Notes: generated by a model from the letters alone, not told the origin. Counted from the stretch's first letter, positions 8,508 to 20,400 are shown. The stretch: 24,000 nucleotides of DNA from Paraflavisolibacter caeni (GCF_025628885.1 NZ_JAOTIF010000001.1:763751-787750); one strand, 5' to 3'. Made by a program: numbers and translations.

Positions 8508-9332
8508 TCATTCAGCAACAATGAATGTAATGGGTTGTTTCCGGTAAGCATTTACGTTACGTCCGTTTTGAATGGCAGGCGTCCATTGTGGTCCTCTTTT
8601 GATGACCCGTATAGCTTCTTCTTCCATTCCATAACCATGGTTCGTTAATGCTTTTACATCACTGATATTTCCTTGCTTATCTACGATGAATTGAACAACA
8701 ACGGTATAAGATCCGTTAGGTGCTCCGTTTTCAGCCGGCGTATTGCTATTCAGTTTGTTTTGCAGGTAGCGTGACCAGGCACTTAAACCACCTGGGAATT
8801 CAGCTTCTATCTCAACTTTGTCGAAAATTTCTGGTTCATTTTCTTTTGCTTTGGGAACTTCCACTACATTCTTATTATCGTCTATAACTGGTGGCGTTGC
8901 AAGACCCGGATCTTTAGTACCTTTTATATTTACTACGTCAATCTTTGTATCAGCCAGTGTTGTGACATCAGGTGGAAGATCTTCTTTCTTCACCTGATCG
9001 TCTTCTACAATTTTAATATTTGTAAGCTTAGTATGTTCCACTTGCGGTACTTCTTGTTTTGGTGGTGTAATAGGAGGGGGATCCGGTTTCTTATCATCTG
9101 TTTTAATTTCTTCTATCACAACATCTCTTATATCAATTTTTGCATCATTTTTCTCTATCGGTTTAGCAAAAGATGCAATAAACAGAAATGCAGCAAGACT
9201 GCCAGTAATGGCCAAAGCAGTAATAATGCGGCTGTTGTATGTCTTTCTTAAATTGTAAGCTCCGTAATCTTTGTTCCTGTTCTCAAAGAGAATGTCAAGA
9301 ATGTCGGCTTTTAAAATTTTGGTTGCGTCCAT
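8508..9332 (-). CDS. tonB: Energy transducer TonB-family protein
   Basis: The N-terminus has the Bacteroidota-type NRNKDYGAYNLRK motif plus one TM helix. A Pro-rich spacer (KKPDPPPITPPKQEVP) follows. The C-terminal TonB domain reads EAEFPGGLSAWSRYL...VVVQFIVDKQGNISDVKAL... Confidence 0.85.
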   Translation of the reverse strand: MDATKILKADILDILFENRNKDYGAYNLRKTYNSRIITALAITGSLAAFLFIASFAKPIEKNDAKIDIRDVVIEEIKTDDKKPDPPPITPPKQEVPQVEHTKLTNIKIVEDDQVKKEDLPPDVTTLADTKIDVVNIKGTKDPGLATPPVIDDNKNVVEVPKAKENEPEIFDKVEIEAEFPGGLSAWSRYLQNKLNSNTPAENGAPNGSYTVVVQFIVDKQGNISDVKALTNHGYGMEEEAIRVIKRGPQWTPAIQNGRNVNAYRKQPITFIVAE

Positions 9333-9442
9333 ATGTTAAGTTTATTATTGAGATATAACTTTTGTTTTTTTCCATAAACCTTTCAAGAATTTTTTTAATT
9401 ACTGCATGTGCAATCAACGGTTATACAAGCCAGTTTTCGCTT

Positions 9443-9482
9443 AGCTGTTTATAATAGACTATTGTGTAATTTTGACACAGCT
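9443..9482 (+). promoter_or_regulatory. Candidate bio promoter/operator: 40-bp imperfect palindrome enclosing a TAnnTTTG-like box
   Basis: AGCTGT (9443-9448) and ACAGCT (9477-9482) form the outer arms. The inner inverted repeat is TGTGT-N7-ACACA (9463-9479). TAATTTTG (9467-9474) matches the Bacteroidota -7 consensus. There is no good -33 TTTG, and the site is about 125 nt upstream of the bioB ATG. Confidence 0.25.
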
Positions 9483-9598
9483 GGAATTAGTAATTTATTT
9501 TTTCTACCTGCCATTGATTTATACATGTACTTTTTCTTCATGCGTTTAAGTTGCCAGGAATCCCTTTACTTTTGCTCCCTTTAAAATATCCTGAAACG

Positions 9599-10597
9599 AT
9601 GACCATACGCAATAACTGGACGCTCCAGGAAGTATCCGAAATTTATAACCGGCCTTTATTGGACCTGGTTTTCCAGGCAGCACAGGTGCACAGAGAAAAT
9701 AATGCTTATAGTGAAGTGCAGGTGAGCAGCCTTATTTCAATAAAAACAGGTGGATGCACGGAAGATTGTGCCTACTGTCCACAGGCTGCCCGGTATAATA
9801 CTGATGTCCATGTACATGCGCTGATGCCGCTGGAAAAAGTAGTAGCGCATGCACAGAATGCAAAAGCCAATGGTGCCTCCAGGATCTGTATGGGCGCATC
9901 ATGGAGAGAAGTACGGGACAACCGTGATTTTGACAGGGTACTTGAAATGGTAACCGCTGTCAATGAAATGGGCGTTGAAGTATGCTGCACGCTGGGTATG
10001 TTGACGTATGAACAGGCGGAAAAATTAAAGGCTGCAGGTTGTTTTGCTTACAACCATAATGTAGATACCTCGGAAGATTATTACACAGAAATCATCTCCA
10101 CCCGTACCTATGATGACAGGCTGCATACATTAGAGAACGTACGTAAGGCTAAACTGACTGTATGCAGTGGTGGTATTATCGGGTTGGGTGAAACCAATGA
10201 AGACCGGATCAAGATGTTGCACACACTAGCCACCTTACCGGTACATCCGGATTCAGTTCCCATCAATGCATTGGTACCAGTAAAAGGGACTCCATTGGAA
10301 CACAACAAGCGGGTAGGTATCGATGAAATGCTCCGCATGATCGCGACTGCAAGAATCATCATGCCCAAAAGTGTTGTGCGCCTTTCCGCAGGCAGAAATG
10401 AAATGAGCCTGGCGGAGCAAGCACTTTGCTTTATGGCGGGTGCCAATTCGATCTTTTCTGGCGAAAAGTTGCTCACGACTCCGAACCCCGACGTCAACGA
10501 AGACAGGCTGATGTTCCAGTTGTTGGGGCTAACACCCAGGGCTCCGTTTAAGGATGTACAGCAGGAACATGCTCATTTGGTGTCAGAAAAGGGATGA
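9599..10597 (+). CDS. bioB: Biotin synthase (radical SAM)
   Basis: [10 protein letters not shown] CxxxCxxC motif. The N-terminus [32 protein letters not shown] parallels E. coli BioB. Start moved from the TTG at 9551 to ATG 9599. Confidence 0.93.
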   Translation: MTIRNNWTLQEVSEIYNRPLLDLVFQAAQVHRENNAYSEVQVSSLISIKTGGCTEDCAYCPQAARYNTDVHVHALMPLEKVVAHAQNAKANGASRICMGASWREVRDNRDFDRVLEMVTAVNEMGVEVCCTLGMLTYEQAEKLKAAGCFAYNHNVDTSEDYYTEIISTRTYDDRLHTLENVRKAKLTVCSGGIIGLGETNEDRIKMLHTLATLPVHPDSVPINALVPVKGTPLEHNKRVGIDEMLRMIATARIIMPKSVVRLSAGRNEMSLAEQALCFMAGANSIFSGEKLLTTPNPDVNEDRLMFQLLGLTPRAPFKDVQQEHAHLVSEKG

Positions 10598-10604
10598 GCG
10601 CGCC

Positions 10605-11738
10605 ATGATCCACACTCATTTGATAGATGAATACCTGTCTCAATCTTTGCAGAAAAGAGAGCAGGAAGGATTGCTGCGTCAATTAGCCTGCAATGAGGGG
10701 CTGATTGATTTTTGTTCCAATGATTATTTGGGATTGGCACAATCAAACTTATTGAGCCTGGATGGTACCGGATCACAAGAAGAGATGGCCTCCGGATCAA
10801 CAGGTTCCAGGCTTGTTTCCGGCAACTCTCCGTTAGCTGAAAAAACAGAACGCATAGTTGCCGGCTTTCACCATGCAGAAGCTGCACTTTTGTTCAATAC
10901 AGGTTATATGGCCAACCTGGGTTTGTGTTCCTGCATTGCCGATAAGCATAGCGTATTTATCTACGATGAACATATTCATGCAAGCATTATTGATGGCATG
11001 CGCCTAAGCCTGGCAAAACGCTTTAAGTTCAAACACAATGATGTGGATGATCTTCGCAAGAAGTTGAAGCAGGCGGAAGGAAAAGTATATGTTGTTATTG
11101 AATCGCTCTACTCAATGGATGGTGACCTGGCGCCTTTGCAGGAAATTTCAGATGTATGCAAAGAGCATAAGGCTGCATTGATCGTAGACGAAGCTCATGC
11201 TGTTGGTATCTATGGTGATCAGGGCAGGGGCTTGGTATGTCATCATCAGTTGGAAAACGATGTATGGGCACGCATCATCACCTTTGGCAAAGCACTTGGT
11301 TGTCATGGGGCCGCAGTGGTGGGTAGTTCCCTGCTGCGTGATTATTTGATCAATCATGCCCGCTCGTTTATTTACACAACTGCTATGCCTCCACATGCCT
11401 TTATAGTGATTCAAAGGTCATACCAGGAAATGGCAGTTGCACAAAGGGAAAAGCTGTTTGGGCTCATTCATCATTTTCAAAAAGTTGCCAGGGAGACATC
11501 AATAGAAGATGTACGCTTCCTGCTCAATCCTTCTCCGATACAGGGTGTTATCGTGCCGGGTAATGAACGGGTGAAACGGCTGGCCGAGTACGTAAGGCAA
11601 CAGGGTTTTTTTATGAAAGCTATTTTGTCGCCTACTGTGCCGGCAGGTTCCGAAAGGTTACGCATTTGCCTGCATGCTTTTAATTCTTGCAGGCAAATTG
11701 ATCAATTATTGACAGCCATAAAATTATTTTTAACATGA
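10605..11738 (+). CDS. bioF: 8-amino-7-oxononanoate synthase
   Basis: Alpha-oxoamine synthase pattern: SNDYLGL, DEAHAVGIYG, and PLP-Lys context ITFGKALG. ATG 10605 lies 8 nt after the bioB stop; the ORF-track start at 10554 would overlap bioB. Confidence 0.9.
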   Translation: MIHTHLIDEYLSQSLQKREQEGLLRQLACNEGLIDFCSNDYLGLAQSNLLSLDGTGSQEEMASGSTGSRLVSGNSPLAEKTERIVAGFHHAEAALLFNTGYMANLGLCSCIADKHSVFIYDEHIHASIIDGMRLSLAKRFKFKHNDVDDLRKKLKQAEGKVYVVIESLYSMDGDLAPLQEISDVCKEHKAALIVDEAHAVGIYGDQGRGLVCHHQLENDVWARIITFGKALGCHGAAVVGSSLLRDYLINHARSFIYTTAMPPHAFIVIQRSYQEMAVAQREKLFGLIHHFQKVARETSIEDVRFLLNPSPIQGVIVPGNERVKRLAEYVRQQGFFMKAILSPTVPAGSERLRICLHAFNSCRQIDQLLTAIKLFLT

Positions 11739-12379
11739 ACCTGGTAGTTGCAGGCATCCATACAGGTATAGGTAAAACTGTTTGTTCTGCAGTCATGGTC
11801 CAGGCACTTGGATATGATTATTGGAAACCAGTGCAGGCCGGAGACCTTGATGCATCTGATAGTTTGTTTATCAAAAAGAATGTTGTCAATAATGATATCA
11901 ATATTCACCAGGAAGCATTTTGCCTGACACAAGCAGCATCTCCGCATTATGCTGCAAAAGAGGATCAGGTTTCTATTACGCTGGAAGGGATTACGATACC
12001 CTCTTCGGATCTTCCTATTATTGTAGAAACAGCTGGTGGTGTGATGACACCTTTGAGTGAATCTTTATTGAATATTGATTTGATCAGACATTTAAATCTT
12101 CCTGTAGTATTGGTTTCCAACAATTACTTAGGAAGCATCAATCATACTTTACTGAGTGTACAGGCATTGAGTCTTGCAGGTGCACGCCCACTGGGCATTG
12201 TGTTTAGTGGTGAAGAGGTTTTGTCTACAAGAGAATTTATTCTTCAATATACAGGTTTGCCTTTGCTCTTTTCCATCCCGCAGTTTGAACAATTGAACAA
12301 GGAAACCATTGCTGAATTTGCTACATCTATTTCTGGCGATCTAAAAACAAAGCTTTATGAACTGGGCAGAGAAAGATAA
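11735..12379 (+). CDS. bioD: Dethiobiotin synthetase
   Basis: P-loop-like GIHTGIGKT followed by YWKPVQAG. The start forms an ATGA overlap with the bioF stop. Confidence 0.88.
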   Translation: MNLVVAGIHTGIGKTVCSAVMVQALGYDYWKPVQAGDLDASDSLFIKKNVVNNDINIHQEAFCLTQAASPHYAAKEDQVSITLEGITIPSSDLPIIVETAGGVMTPLSESLLNIDLIRHLNLPVVLVSNNYLGSINHTLLSVQALSLAGARPLGIVFSGEEVLSTREFILQYTGLPLLFSIPQFEQLNKETIAEFATSISGDLKTKLYELGRER

Positions 12380-13646
12380 AGCGTACATATGGCATCCATT
12401 CACACAGATGAAGTTAGCCGGTGAGGCTATTCATATCGAAAGAGCAGAAGGTTGTTACCTGTATAGCTCTAATGGAGATCAATACCTGGACGGCATTTCA
12501 TCCTGGTGGGTCAACATACATGGACATGCCCATCCTTACATAGCAGAGAAGATTGCACAGCAATGTCTTCAGTTAGAGCATGTGATCTTTGCGGGGTTTA
12601 CCCATACGCCTGCTATTAAACTTGCTGAAAAATTATTAGCACTATTACCAGGAAGTTTTTCCAAAGTATTTTATTCTGATAATGGTTCCACTGCAGTTGA
12701 GGTGGCCTTGAAAATGGCGTTGCAGTACTGGTATAATAAGGGTGAGATTGGAAAGACTAAGATCATCGCGTTTGAAGATGCTTATCATGGAGATACATTC
12801 GGCGCTATGTCTGTAGGGGCAAGAAGTGTATTTACTGCAGCCTTCCAGGAGTTGTTGTTTGATGTAGTGCATATCCCTCTTCCTTCTGATGACAATATTG
12901 ATCAATGCACAGAAATGCTGCAGCAAATGACTTCGAAAGGAGATGTGGCTGCTTTTATTTTTGAACCCCTGGTATTGGGGGCAGCAGGCATGAAGATGTA
13001 CAAGCCGGAACATTTGGATATGCTACTTGCTGTGGCCAAAAGAAATGGTGTTTTATGTATTGCAGATGAAGTGATGACAGGCTTCGGGCGTAGCGGGAAG
13101 AACTTTGCTATTGAACACCTGGTTCATAGACCGGATATTATTTGTTTATCCAAAGGGATTACCGGTGGCTTTTTGCCTTTGTCTGTAACTATATGCACTG
13201 AAGATATTTATCAGGCTTTTTATTCCGATGAAGCAACGAAGGCATTGTTTCATGGGCACTCTTATACTGCTAATCCGGTAGCCTGTGCAGCAGCCCTGGC
13301 GAGTATGGAAATATTGACGCAGCCGGAGACGCAGCAACAAATCAGGCTGATTGCGCAGGAGCATCATTCCTTTCTTCAAAATATCAAGGATCATCCTTTC
13401 ATTAAAGGTGCGCGGCAGACAGGAACTATACTGGCACTGGAAATCAAGACGACAGAAAATACTTCTTACTTTAATTTGATCAGGGATGATGCTTACAACT
13501 TTTGCCTTGGTAAAGGCGTGTTGTTACGTCCGCTGGGAAACATCATTTATTTCATGCCGCCATATTGTATTACACAAACTGAATTGCAACTTGTATATGG
13601 TGTAATCATAGACATGTTGCATTATTTACAAGAAAAATATACTTAA
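12357..13646 (+). CDS. bioA: Adenosylmethionine-8-amino-7-oxononanoate aminotransferase
   Basis: Class-III aminotransferase with IWHPFTQMK, SWWVNIHGH, DEVMTGFGRSG and PLP-Lys context LSKGITGGFLPLS. It overlaps the bioD end by 23 nt. Confidence 0.92.
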   Translation: MNWAEKDKAYIWHPFTQMKLAGEAIHIERAEGCYLYSSNGDQYLDGISSWWVNIHGHAHPYIAEKIAQQCLQLEHVIFAGFTHTPAIKLAEKLLALLPGSFSKVFYSDNGSTAVEVALKMALQYWYNKGEIGKTKIIAFEDAYHGDTFGAMSVGARSVFTAAFQELLFDVVHIPLPSDDNIDQCTEMLQQMTSKGDVAAFIFEPLVLGAAGMKMYKPEHLDMLLAVAKRNGVLCIADEVMTGFGRSGKNFAIEHLVHRPDIICLSKGITGGFLPLSVTICTEDIYQAFYSDEATKALFHGHSYTANPVACAAALASMEILTQPETQQQIRLIAQEHHSFLQNIKDHPFIKGARQTGTILALEIKTTENTSYFNLIRDDAYNFCLGKGVLLRPLGNIIYFMPPYCITQTELQLVYGVIIDMLHYLQEKYT

Positions 13647-13663
13647 GTTTTAAAACACTAATC

Positions 13664-14272
13664 ATGCAAGCACTATTACATAAAATCATTGAGCAGCCTG
13701 AACTTCATGCTTATTGGCTGAATACATTGTCCATGATGGAAAATGTAGGAGCCAAAAAGATCAAGAAGTGTGAGCACCCGATTTTCGTTAATGAAGTGAT
13801 CTTAAAACATGCATCAGAAGAAGCCAGGCATGCTTTTTACTTGAAAAAGCAAATACAAAAGATCCGCAAAGATGCATGTCCTACTTATGAATGGCAGTAC
13901 CTGTTAGCTCCTAAATCAAGTTATGCTTATTTGAATCAATTGGACATTGATGTTTGTCGCTATTTAAAATCGAAGCATGAGTTGAAGCATGAGCGTTTAA
14001 AATATGCAGCTTACCTGTTGGTGACCTATGCCATTGAAGTAAGAGCCGATGAATTATATCCCATTTACCAGGATGTGTTACGTGCATATAAGAGTCCTGT
14101 AAGTGTGCGCAACATCATTGCTGAAGAACAGAATCACCTGGAAGAAATGGAAAAGCAACTGAAAGCTTTTTCAAGTGAGTGGGAAGAAATGTGCCGTGTA
14201 GTTCGTGAAATTGAAAGCAAGTTACATAGTGTGTGGATCGAGAATTTACATCAAGAGCTCGGGTTGTCGTAG
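13664..14272 (+). CDS. Uncharacterised ferritin-like (four-helix-bundle di-iron carboxylate type) protein, last cistron of the bio operon
   Basis: 202 aa with only 2 Gly. Ligand-like pattern E26, E53xxH56 (ASEEARH), E125, E155xxH158 (AEEQNH). It starts 18 nt after the bioA stop and is followed by the 14298-14333 hairpin. It has no esterase, methyltransferase, P450, KAS or ligase motifs. Confidence 0.6.
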   Translation: MQALLHKIIEQPELHAYWLNTLSMMENVGAKKIKKCEHPIFVNEVILKHASEEARHAFYLKKQIQKIRKDACPTYEWQYLLAPKSSYAYLNQLDIDVCRYLKSKHELKHERLKYAAYLLVTYAIEVRADELYPIYQDVLRAYKSPVSVRNIIAEEQNHLEEMEKQLKAFSSEWEEMCRVVREIESKLHSVWIENLHQELGLS

Positions 14273-14297
14273 TAATGCTTCCCAATCCGGATAAAGT

Positions 14298-14333
14298 ACA
14301 ACCCTGGCCTCCGGGAACAGATGCCAGGGTTGT
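14298..14333. terminator. Hairpin between the convergent bio and thi operons
   Basis: ACAACCCTGGC (14298-14308) pairs with GCCAGGGTTGT (14323-14333), an 11-bp stem with a 14-nt loop. It begins 5 nt beyond the thiH stop and 26 nt beyond the di-iron ORF stop. Confidence 0.6.
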
Positions 14334-14338
14334 TACAT

Positions 14339-15469
14339 TCAGGAAAAGAGTTTATTGGACTGGAAGTTTTTATCCCAATCTTTCCATATTGGTTCATAAC
14401 CTTGCTTTTCAATGATTGTAGCCATTTCTGCGGCAGATCGCTCGTCGCTGATCTCGAACTGTTCCAGAGTGTCGGGGTCAACAGAATAGCCACCAGGATT
14501 GGTTTTAGAGCCTGCACTTATAGTGGTTGTTCCCAGTTTTAATATATGGTTCCTGAATTTTTCAGTCTCTCTTGTTGATATAGATATTTCTACATCTTCA
14601 TTGAGTAATCTGTAGGCACAGATCAACTGTACCAGCTCCCTGTCTTTGATCAGGTGGTCTGTAATATCAACACCTTCTGCAGGCCTGATCCGCGGGAAAG
14701 AAATGGAATATTTTGTCTGCCAGTATCTCTTCTGCAAGTAATCCAGGTGCAAAGCACAAAAGAAGCTATCCGTGCGCCAGTCTTCAAGTCCCAGCAACAC
14801 ACCAAGGCCAATTTTATGCATGCCTGCCCGGCCTATACGGTCTGGTGTTTCCAGTCGGTAATAGAAGTTAGACTTCTTGCCTTTCAAATGGTAATTCCTG
14901 TATGCTTCTTTGTGGTAGGTTTCCTGGTACACCAGCACAGAGTAAACACCTGCTTCATGAAGGGTTTTATATTCATCCTGCTCCAGTGGTTGCACTTCGA
15001 TGGATATGTTGGCAAAATGAGGCTTGATGATGTCTATCGCTTTTAGAAAATAATCCACATGCACGGTATGGTTGGCTTCGCCTGTGACCAGTAAGATATG
15101 CTGAAAGCCGTGCTTTTTGATCTCATTGATCTCCTGTAAGATCTCTGCGGCAGAAAGGGTTTTGCGTTTGATCTTATTGTTAAAGCTAAAGCCACAGTAG
15201 GTGCAAATGTTATTACATTCATTACTCAGGTACATGGGTGCGAAGAGCTGAATGGTATTGCCAAAACGTTTTTGGGTTGTTTGGTGGCTTATTTGGGCCA
15301 TTCGCTCCAGGTAGGGTTCAGCGGCAGGGGAGATCAAGGCTTTGAAGTCTTCCAGTGTACGCCTGGGGGCAGCTAAAGCAGCTTCCACATCTGCTTCCGT
15401 TTTCAGCAAAATAGATGAAGCAACTTCATCCCAGTTATAGCGGTCGAAATGCTCTTTAAAGGTCATCAT
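14339..15469 (-). CDS. thiH: 2-iminoacetate synthase (tyrosine lyase, radical SAM)
   Basis: [10 protein letters not shown] radical-SAM motif, 376 aa, immediately downstream of thiG in the thi operon. Confidence 0.9.
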   Translation of the reverse strand: MMTFKEHFDRYNWDEVASSILLKTEADVEAALAAPRRTLEDFKALISPAAEPYLERMAQISHQTTQKRFGNTIQLFAPMYLSNECNNICTYCGFSFNNKIKRKTLSAAEILQEINEIKKHGFQHILLVTGEANHTVHVDYFLKAIDIIKPHFANISIEVQPLEQDEYKTLHEAGVYSVLVYQETYHKEAYRNYHLKGKKSNFYYRLETPDRIGRAGMHKIGLGVLLGLEDWRTDSFFCALHLDYLQKRYWQTKYSISFPRIRPAEGVDITDHLIKDRELVQLICAYRLLNEDVEISISTRETEKFRNHILKLGTTTISAGSKTNPGGYSVDPDTLEQFEISDERSAAEMATIIEKQGYEPIWKDWDKNFQSNKLFS

Positions 15470-16232
15470 ATAAGAATTCAGTTAATGGACTTGAGGCAAT
15501 GGCACCTTTTATTGCTTTAGACAGTTTGGCCTCATAGGCCATTCTGCCGGCTTCTACAGCCAGTTTAAAAGCTGAAGCCATTTGTACAGGGTTGCCTGCC
15601 ACAGCTATGGCCGTATTAACCAGCACTGCATCAGCTCCCATTTCCATTGCTTTAGCCGCATGGGAAGGTGCGCCAATACCCGCATCAATAATTACAGGTA
15701 CATTACTTTGTTCAATGATGATCTCTAAAAAATCAAATGTTTTTAACCCTTTGTTACTGCCAATAGGTGAGCCCAATGGCATCACTGCAGCTGTTCCTGC
15801 TTCTTCCAACCTTTTACACAAAACCGGGTCGGCATGTATATAAGGGAGAACAATAAATCCCAGTTTTGCCAATTCTTCAGTGGCTTTTAAAGTTTCGATG
15901 GGATCAGGCAATAGGTATTTAGGGTCTGGATGGATCTCCAGCTTTACCAAGTTTGTTTCCAATGCTTCCCTGGCCAGTTGGGCAGCAAATACTGCTTCTT
16001 TAGCATTGCGTACTCCGGAAGTATTGGGCAGTAAGTTGATGTGCGGATGATGCAGATGTGCCAACAGAGAATCTGTTTCTGTTTCGAAATCGATCCGTTT
16101 CATGGCCACAGTAACCAGTTCTGTTCCTGAAGCCAGTACAGCTTCTTCCATTCTTTGTGGAGAGCCGAATTTGCCGGTGCCTAAAAAAAGCCGTGAATTG
16201 AACTGGCAATTACCTATTGTAAGCTTTTGCAT
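15456..16232 (-). CDS. thiG: Thiazole synthase
   Basis: 258 aa with [34 protein letters not shown] and [11 protein letters not shown] stretches typical of ThiG. Confidence 0.92.
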   Translation of the reverse strand: MQKLTIGNCQFNSRLFLGTGKFGSPQRMEEAVLASGTELVTVAMKRIDFETETDSLLAHLHHPHINLLPNTSGVRNAKEAVFAAQLAREALETNLVKLEIHPDPKYLLPDPIETLKATEELAKLGFIVLPYIHADPVLCKRLEEAGTAAVMPLGSPIGSNKGLKTFDFLEIIIEQSNVPVIIDAGIGAPSHAAKAMEMGADAVLVNTAIAVAGNPVQMASAFKLAVEAGRMAYEAKLSKAIKGAIASSPLTEFLYDDL

Positions 16233-16851
16233 ACAAGGAAGAATTTAGTTGTTGAACAATTTGTTTTTTATGGTCGTGATGAGTGATGGCTCCTGAAATG
16301 GCTATGCCGTAGAGGCCTGTTTGCATGATGGACTCAACATCTTCAGGCAGTATGCCGCCAATTGCATAAAGAGGTATACTGATACCCTCTGCGTTCATTT
16401 TATTGATCAATATTTCATAACCTGGTAACCCTAAAACAGGACTTAGCTTTTCCTTGGTCTTCGTAAAACGGAAAGGCCCTACACCTACATAATGACAGCC
16501 TTCCCGGTAGCGCTGCAGCACATCTTCAAAAGTATTGGCAGTGCCTCCGATGATCATTTGATCACCAACGATCTTTTTTGCTTCCGCTACAGGCATATCC
16601 TGCAAACCCAGGTGTACGCCATCTGCATGCACAGCCTTTGCAATGTCGGCGTGGTCATTTACGATGAAAGTGGCTTCGAGATCATAACATAATTTTCTTG
16701 CAATTGCTGCTACTTTCAGGAGTTCTGATGGTTGGGCCTTTTTAAAGCGCAACTGAATCCAGGTGCAGCCACCATCCAGTGCTTCCTGGATATTTTTTAT
16801 TTGCTCATTGGCTGTATTACCTTGCGATATGTATTGAAGTTTAGAAAACAT
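16210..16851 (-). CDS. thiE: Thiamine-phosphate synthase
   Basis: ThiE catalytic pattern is retained: [39 protein letters not shown]. Confidence 0.88.
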   Translation of the reverse strand: MFSKLQYISQGNTANEQIKNIQEALDGGCTWIQLRFKKAQPSELLKVAAIARKLCYDLEATFIVNDHADIAKAVHADGVHLGLQDMPVAEAKKIVGDQMIIGGTANTFEDVLQRYREGCHYVGVGPFRFTKTKEKLSPVLGLPGYEILINKMNAEGISIPLYAIGGILPEDVESIMQTGLYGIAISGAITHHDHKKQIVQQLNSSLYAKAYNR

Positions 16852-17596
16852 GATAACTTAAGAGTGAAGAGTTACTTAATAAAACTTTTTCCGTATAACT
16901 TTTTGCTTTTCTGCAGGCAGTGATCAAATCATTGCCTCTGGCTAGTTGTGCCGCGATCGCTGAAGAAAGAATGCAGCCAGACCCATGTTTTGGAAATATT
17001 TTCGAAGTGCCGGGATATAGCCTGGTCACTTCTGTTTTCATAAAAAGGTAATCAACGCCGGGTTCATCTTCATTATGGCCACCCTTTAATAAAACATTGC
17101 AGTATTGAGACAGTTTTTTTGCCGCTTCTATGGCGTCTGTCTCATTTACCAATTGAACGATTTCTTTGTAGTTTGGCGTGATCAATTCCAAATTCTGTAA
17201 TAGCTGGTACAATAGGATTTCATCAACCCCCTGCTGCCAAAAGCTGAATTCAGTTGTTGAGCGAATGACAGGATCCACAATGATCTTGATGTTGCTGCTT
17301 TTTTGATGAATCACAGAAACTAACTGGTGTAGTGATCCAAGGTTTTGTACGATACCGATCTTCACAGCGGCAACCTCGTAATGGGAAAGCATCCTGGATA
17401 CTGCATCCAGGATGTTTATATCTTTTTCCCATCGTATCGAGTAAAAAGCATTTTCTGTTTGCACAGTTTGGGCCGTTGATATGCCTAAGCCATACACTTC
17501 ATGTTGCTCGAAGACCTTGATGTCGGCAAGCAGACCTGCACCCCCACAGGGATCCAGGCCTGCAATACTCAACACTATAGGACGATTGAATTCCAT
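16841..17596 (-). CDS. thiD: Hydroxymethylpyrimidine/phosphomethylpyrimidine kinase
   Basis: VLSIAGLDPCGGAGLLADIKVF N-terminus and C-terminal GSGCILSSAIAAQLA, both characteristic of ThiD. Confidence 0.9.
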   Translation of the reverse strand: MEFNRPIVLSIAGLDPCGGAGLLADIKVFEQHEVYGLGISTAQTVQTENAFYSIRWEKDINILDAVSRMLSHYEVAAVKIGIVQNLGSLHQLVSVIHQKSSNIKIIVDPVIRSTTEFSFWQQGVDEILLYQLLQNLELITPNYKEIVQLVNETDAIEAAKKLSQYCNVLLKGGHNEDEPGVDYLFMKTEVTRLYPGTSKIFPKHGSGCILSSAIAAQLARGNDLITACRKAKSYTEKVLLSNSSLLSYHVF

Positions 17597-18174
17597 GTTT
17601 TTTTTATTTTTCGGAAACTTTTAACCGGATCATTGTTTTGCCAGACTGAACCTAATATTGCCACACCATGAAAGCCCATTTGCAAGGCATCCTCCAGGTT
17701 GTTTTCCCGGATTCCTCCAATCGCTATCAACTTTGTTCCTGGTGAAGGAAGCTTTGTTTCTTTTGAGATCGTGGATTCATATCCTTGCTTTGATATGCTG
17801 TTAAATACAGGGCCCAAAAAAGCATACGCAAAACAGCAGGATAAATTATCTGCTTCCTCTACCTGGTGGATAGAAGTCGTTAAGAGAAAACCACCCTGTT
17901 GTAATGCCTGCCATTCCACCTGGGTACTGCATCTTCTTTTTGACTCAGTATAGTGTAAGCGCATCGTCCCCAACATGCTTGCCAGATGATGATGCGCATG
18001 CAAGGATATTTTGCTCCGATGTTCAGGATCTACCTGTTCCACTAATTGTTGCAATGCTGATGCAGTTGCTTCCGGTTTGCGCAAATGGAAGATTTCCATG
18101 CCTTCATTAAATAAGGCATTGATCATCTCTGCTTCATTTTGGATCATTGCTGCATCAGAAATTACAATCAACAT
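17575..18174 (-). CDS. ThiE/TenI-family paralog, probable thiazole tautomerase-like protein
   Basis: ThiE fold (IFHLRKPE, LGPVFNSISKQG, IAIGGI, VAILGSV). However, the ThiE ND Mg site is replaced by LHAHHH, and TxTK is replaced by NSISK. Start set to ATG 18174, 1 nt after the thiC stop; the ORF-track start at 18342 overlaps thiC. Confidence 0.7.
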   Translation of the reverse strand: MLIVISDAAMIQNEAEMINALFNEGMEIFHLRKPEATASALQQLVEQVDPEHRSKISLHAHHHLASMLGTMRLHYTESKRRCSTQVEWQALQQGGFLLTTSIHQVEEADNLSCCFAYAFLGPVFNSISKQGYESTISKETKLPSPGTKLIAIGGIRENNLEDALQMGFHGVAILGSVWQNNDPVKSFRKIKKTWNSIVL

Positions 18175-18175
18175 G

Positions 18176-20264
<2,089 letters not shown>

Positions 20265-20319
20265 TCCGGTATAAGGTTAAAAATTGACACTTTAGGAATG
20301 GACGAAACGAAGTAATATG

Positions 20320-20400
20320 GATCACTTTTCCCTTCGCTGGCATTATCCAGATCAGGTTCGAGGGTATCATCTCAGCCTTTCGGCACCCCTAAAGTTGGCA
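20320..20400 (-). promoter_or_regulatory. TPP (THI-box) riboswitch aptamer
   Basis: The minus strand reads ACUUU-AGGGGUGCCGAAAGGCUGAGAUGAUACCCUCGAACCUGAUCUGGAUAAUGCCAGCGAAGGG-AAAGU. The GGGGUGC, CUGAGA, ACCC and CCUGAUCUGGAUAAUGCCAGCG elements are present. P1 is ACUUU/AAAGU (20395-20391 with 20328-20324). Confidence 0.93.

Noticed and set aside
8501-8514. Perfect 14-bp palindrome TGAATGATCATTCA overlapping the tonB stop codon
   Set aside because: About one perfect 14-bp palindrome is expected by chance in 24 kb (24000/4^7). It lies in coding sequence and has no partner site.
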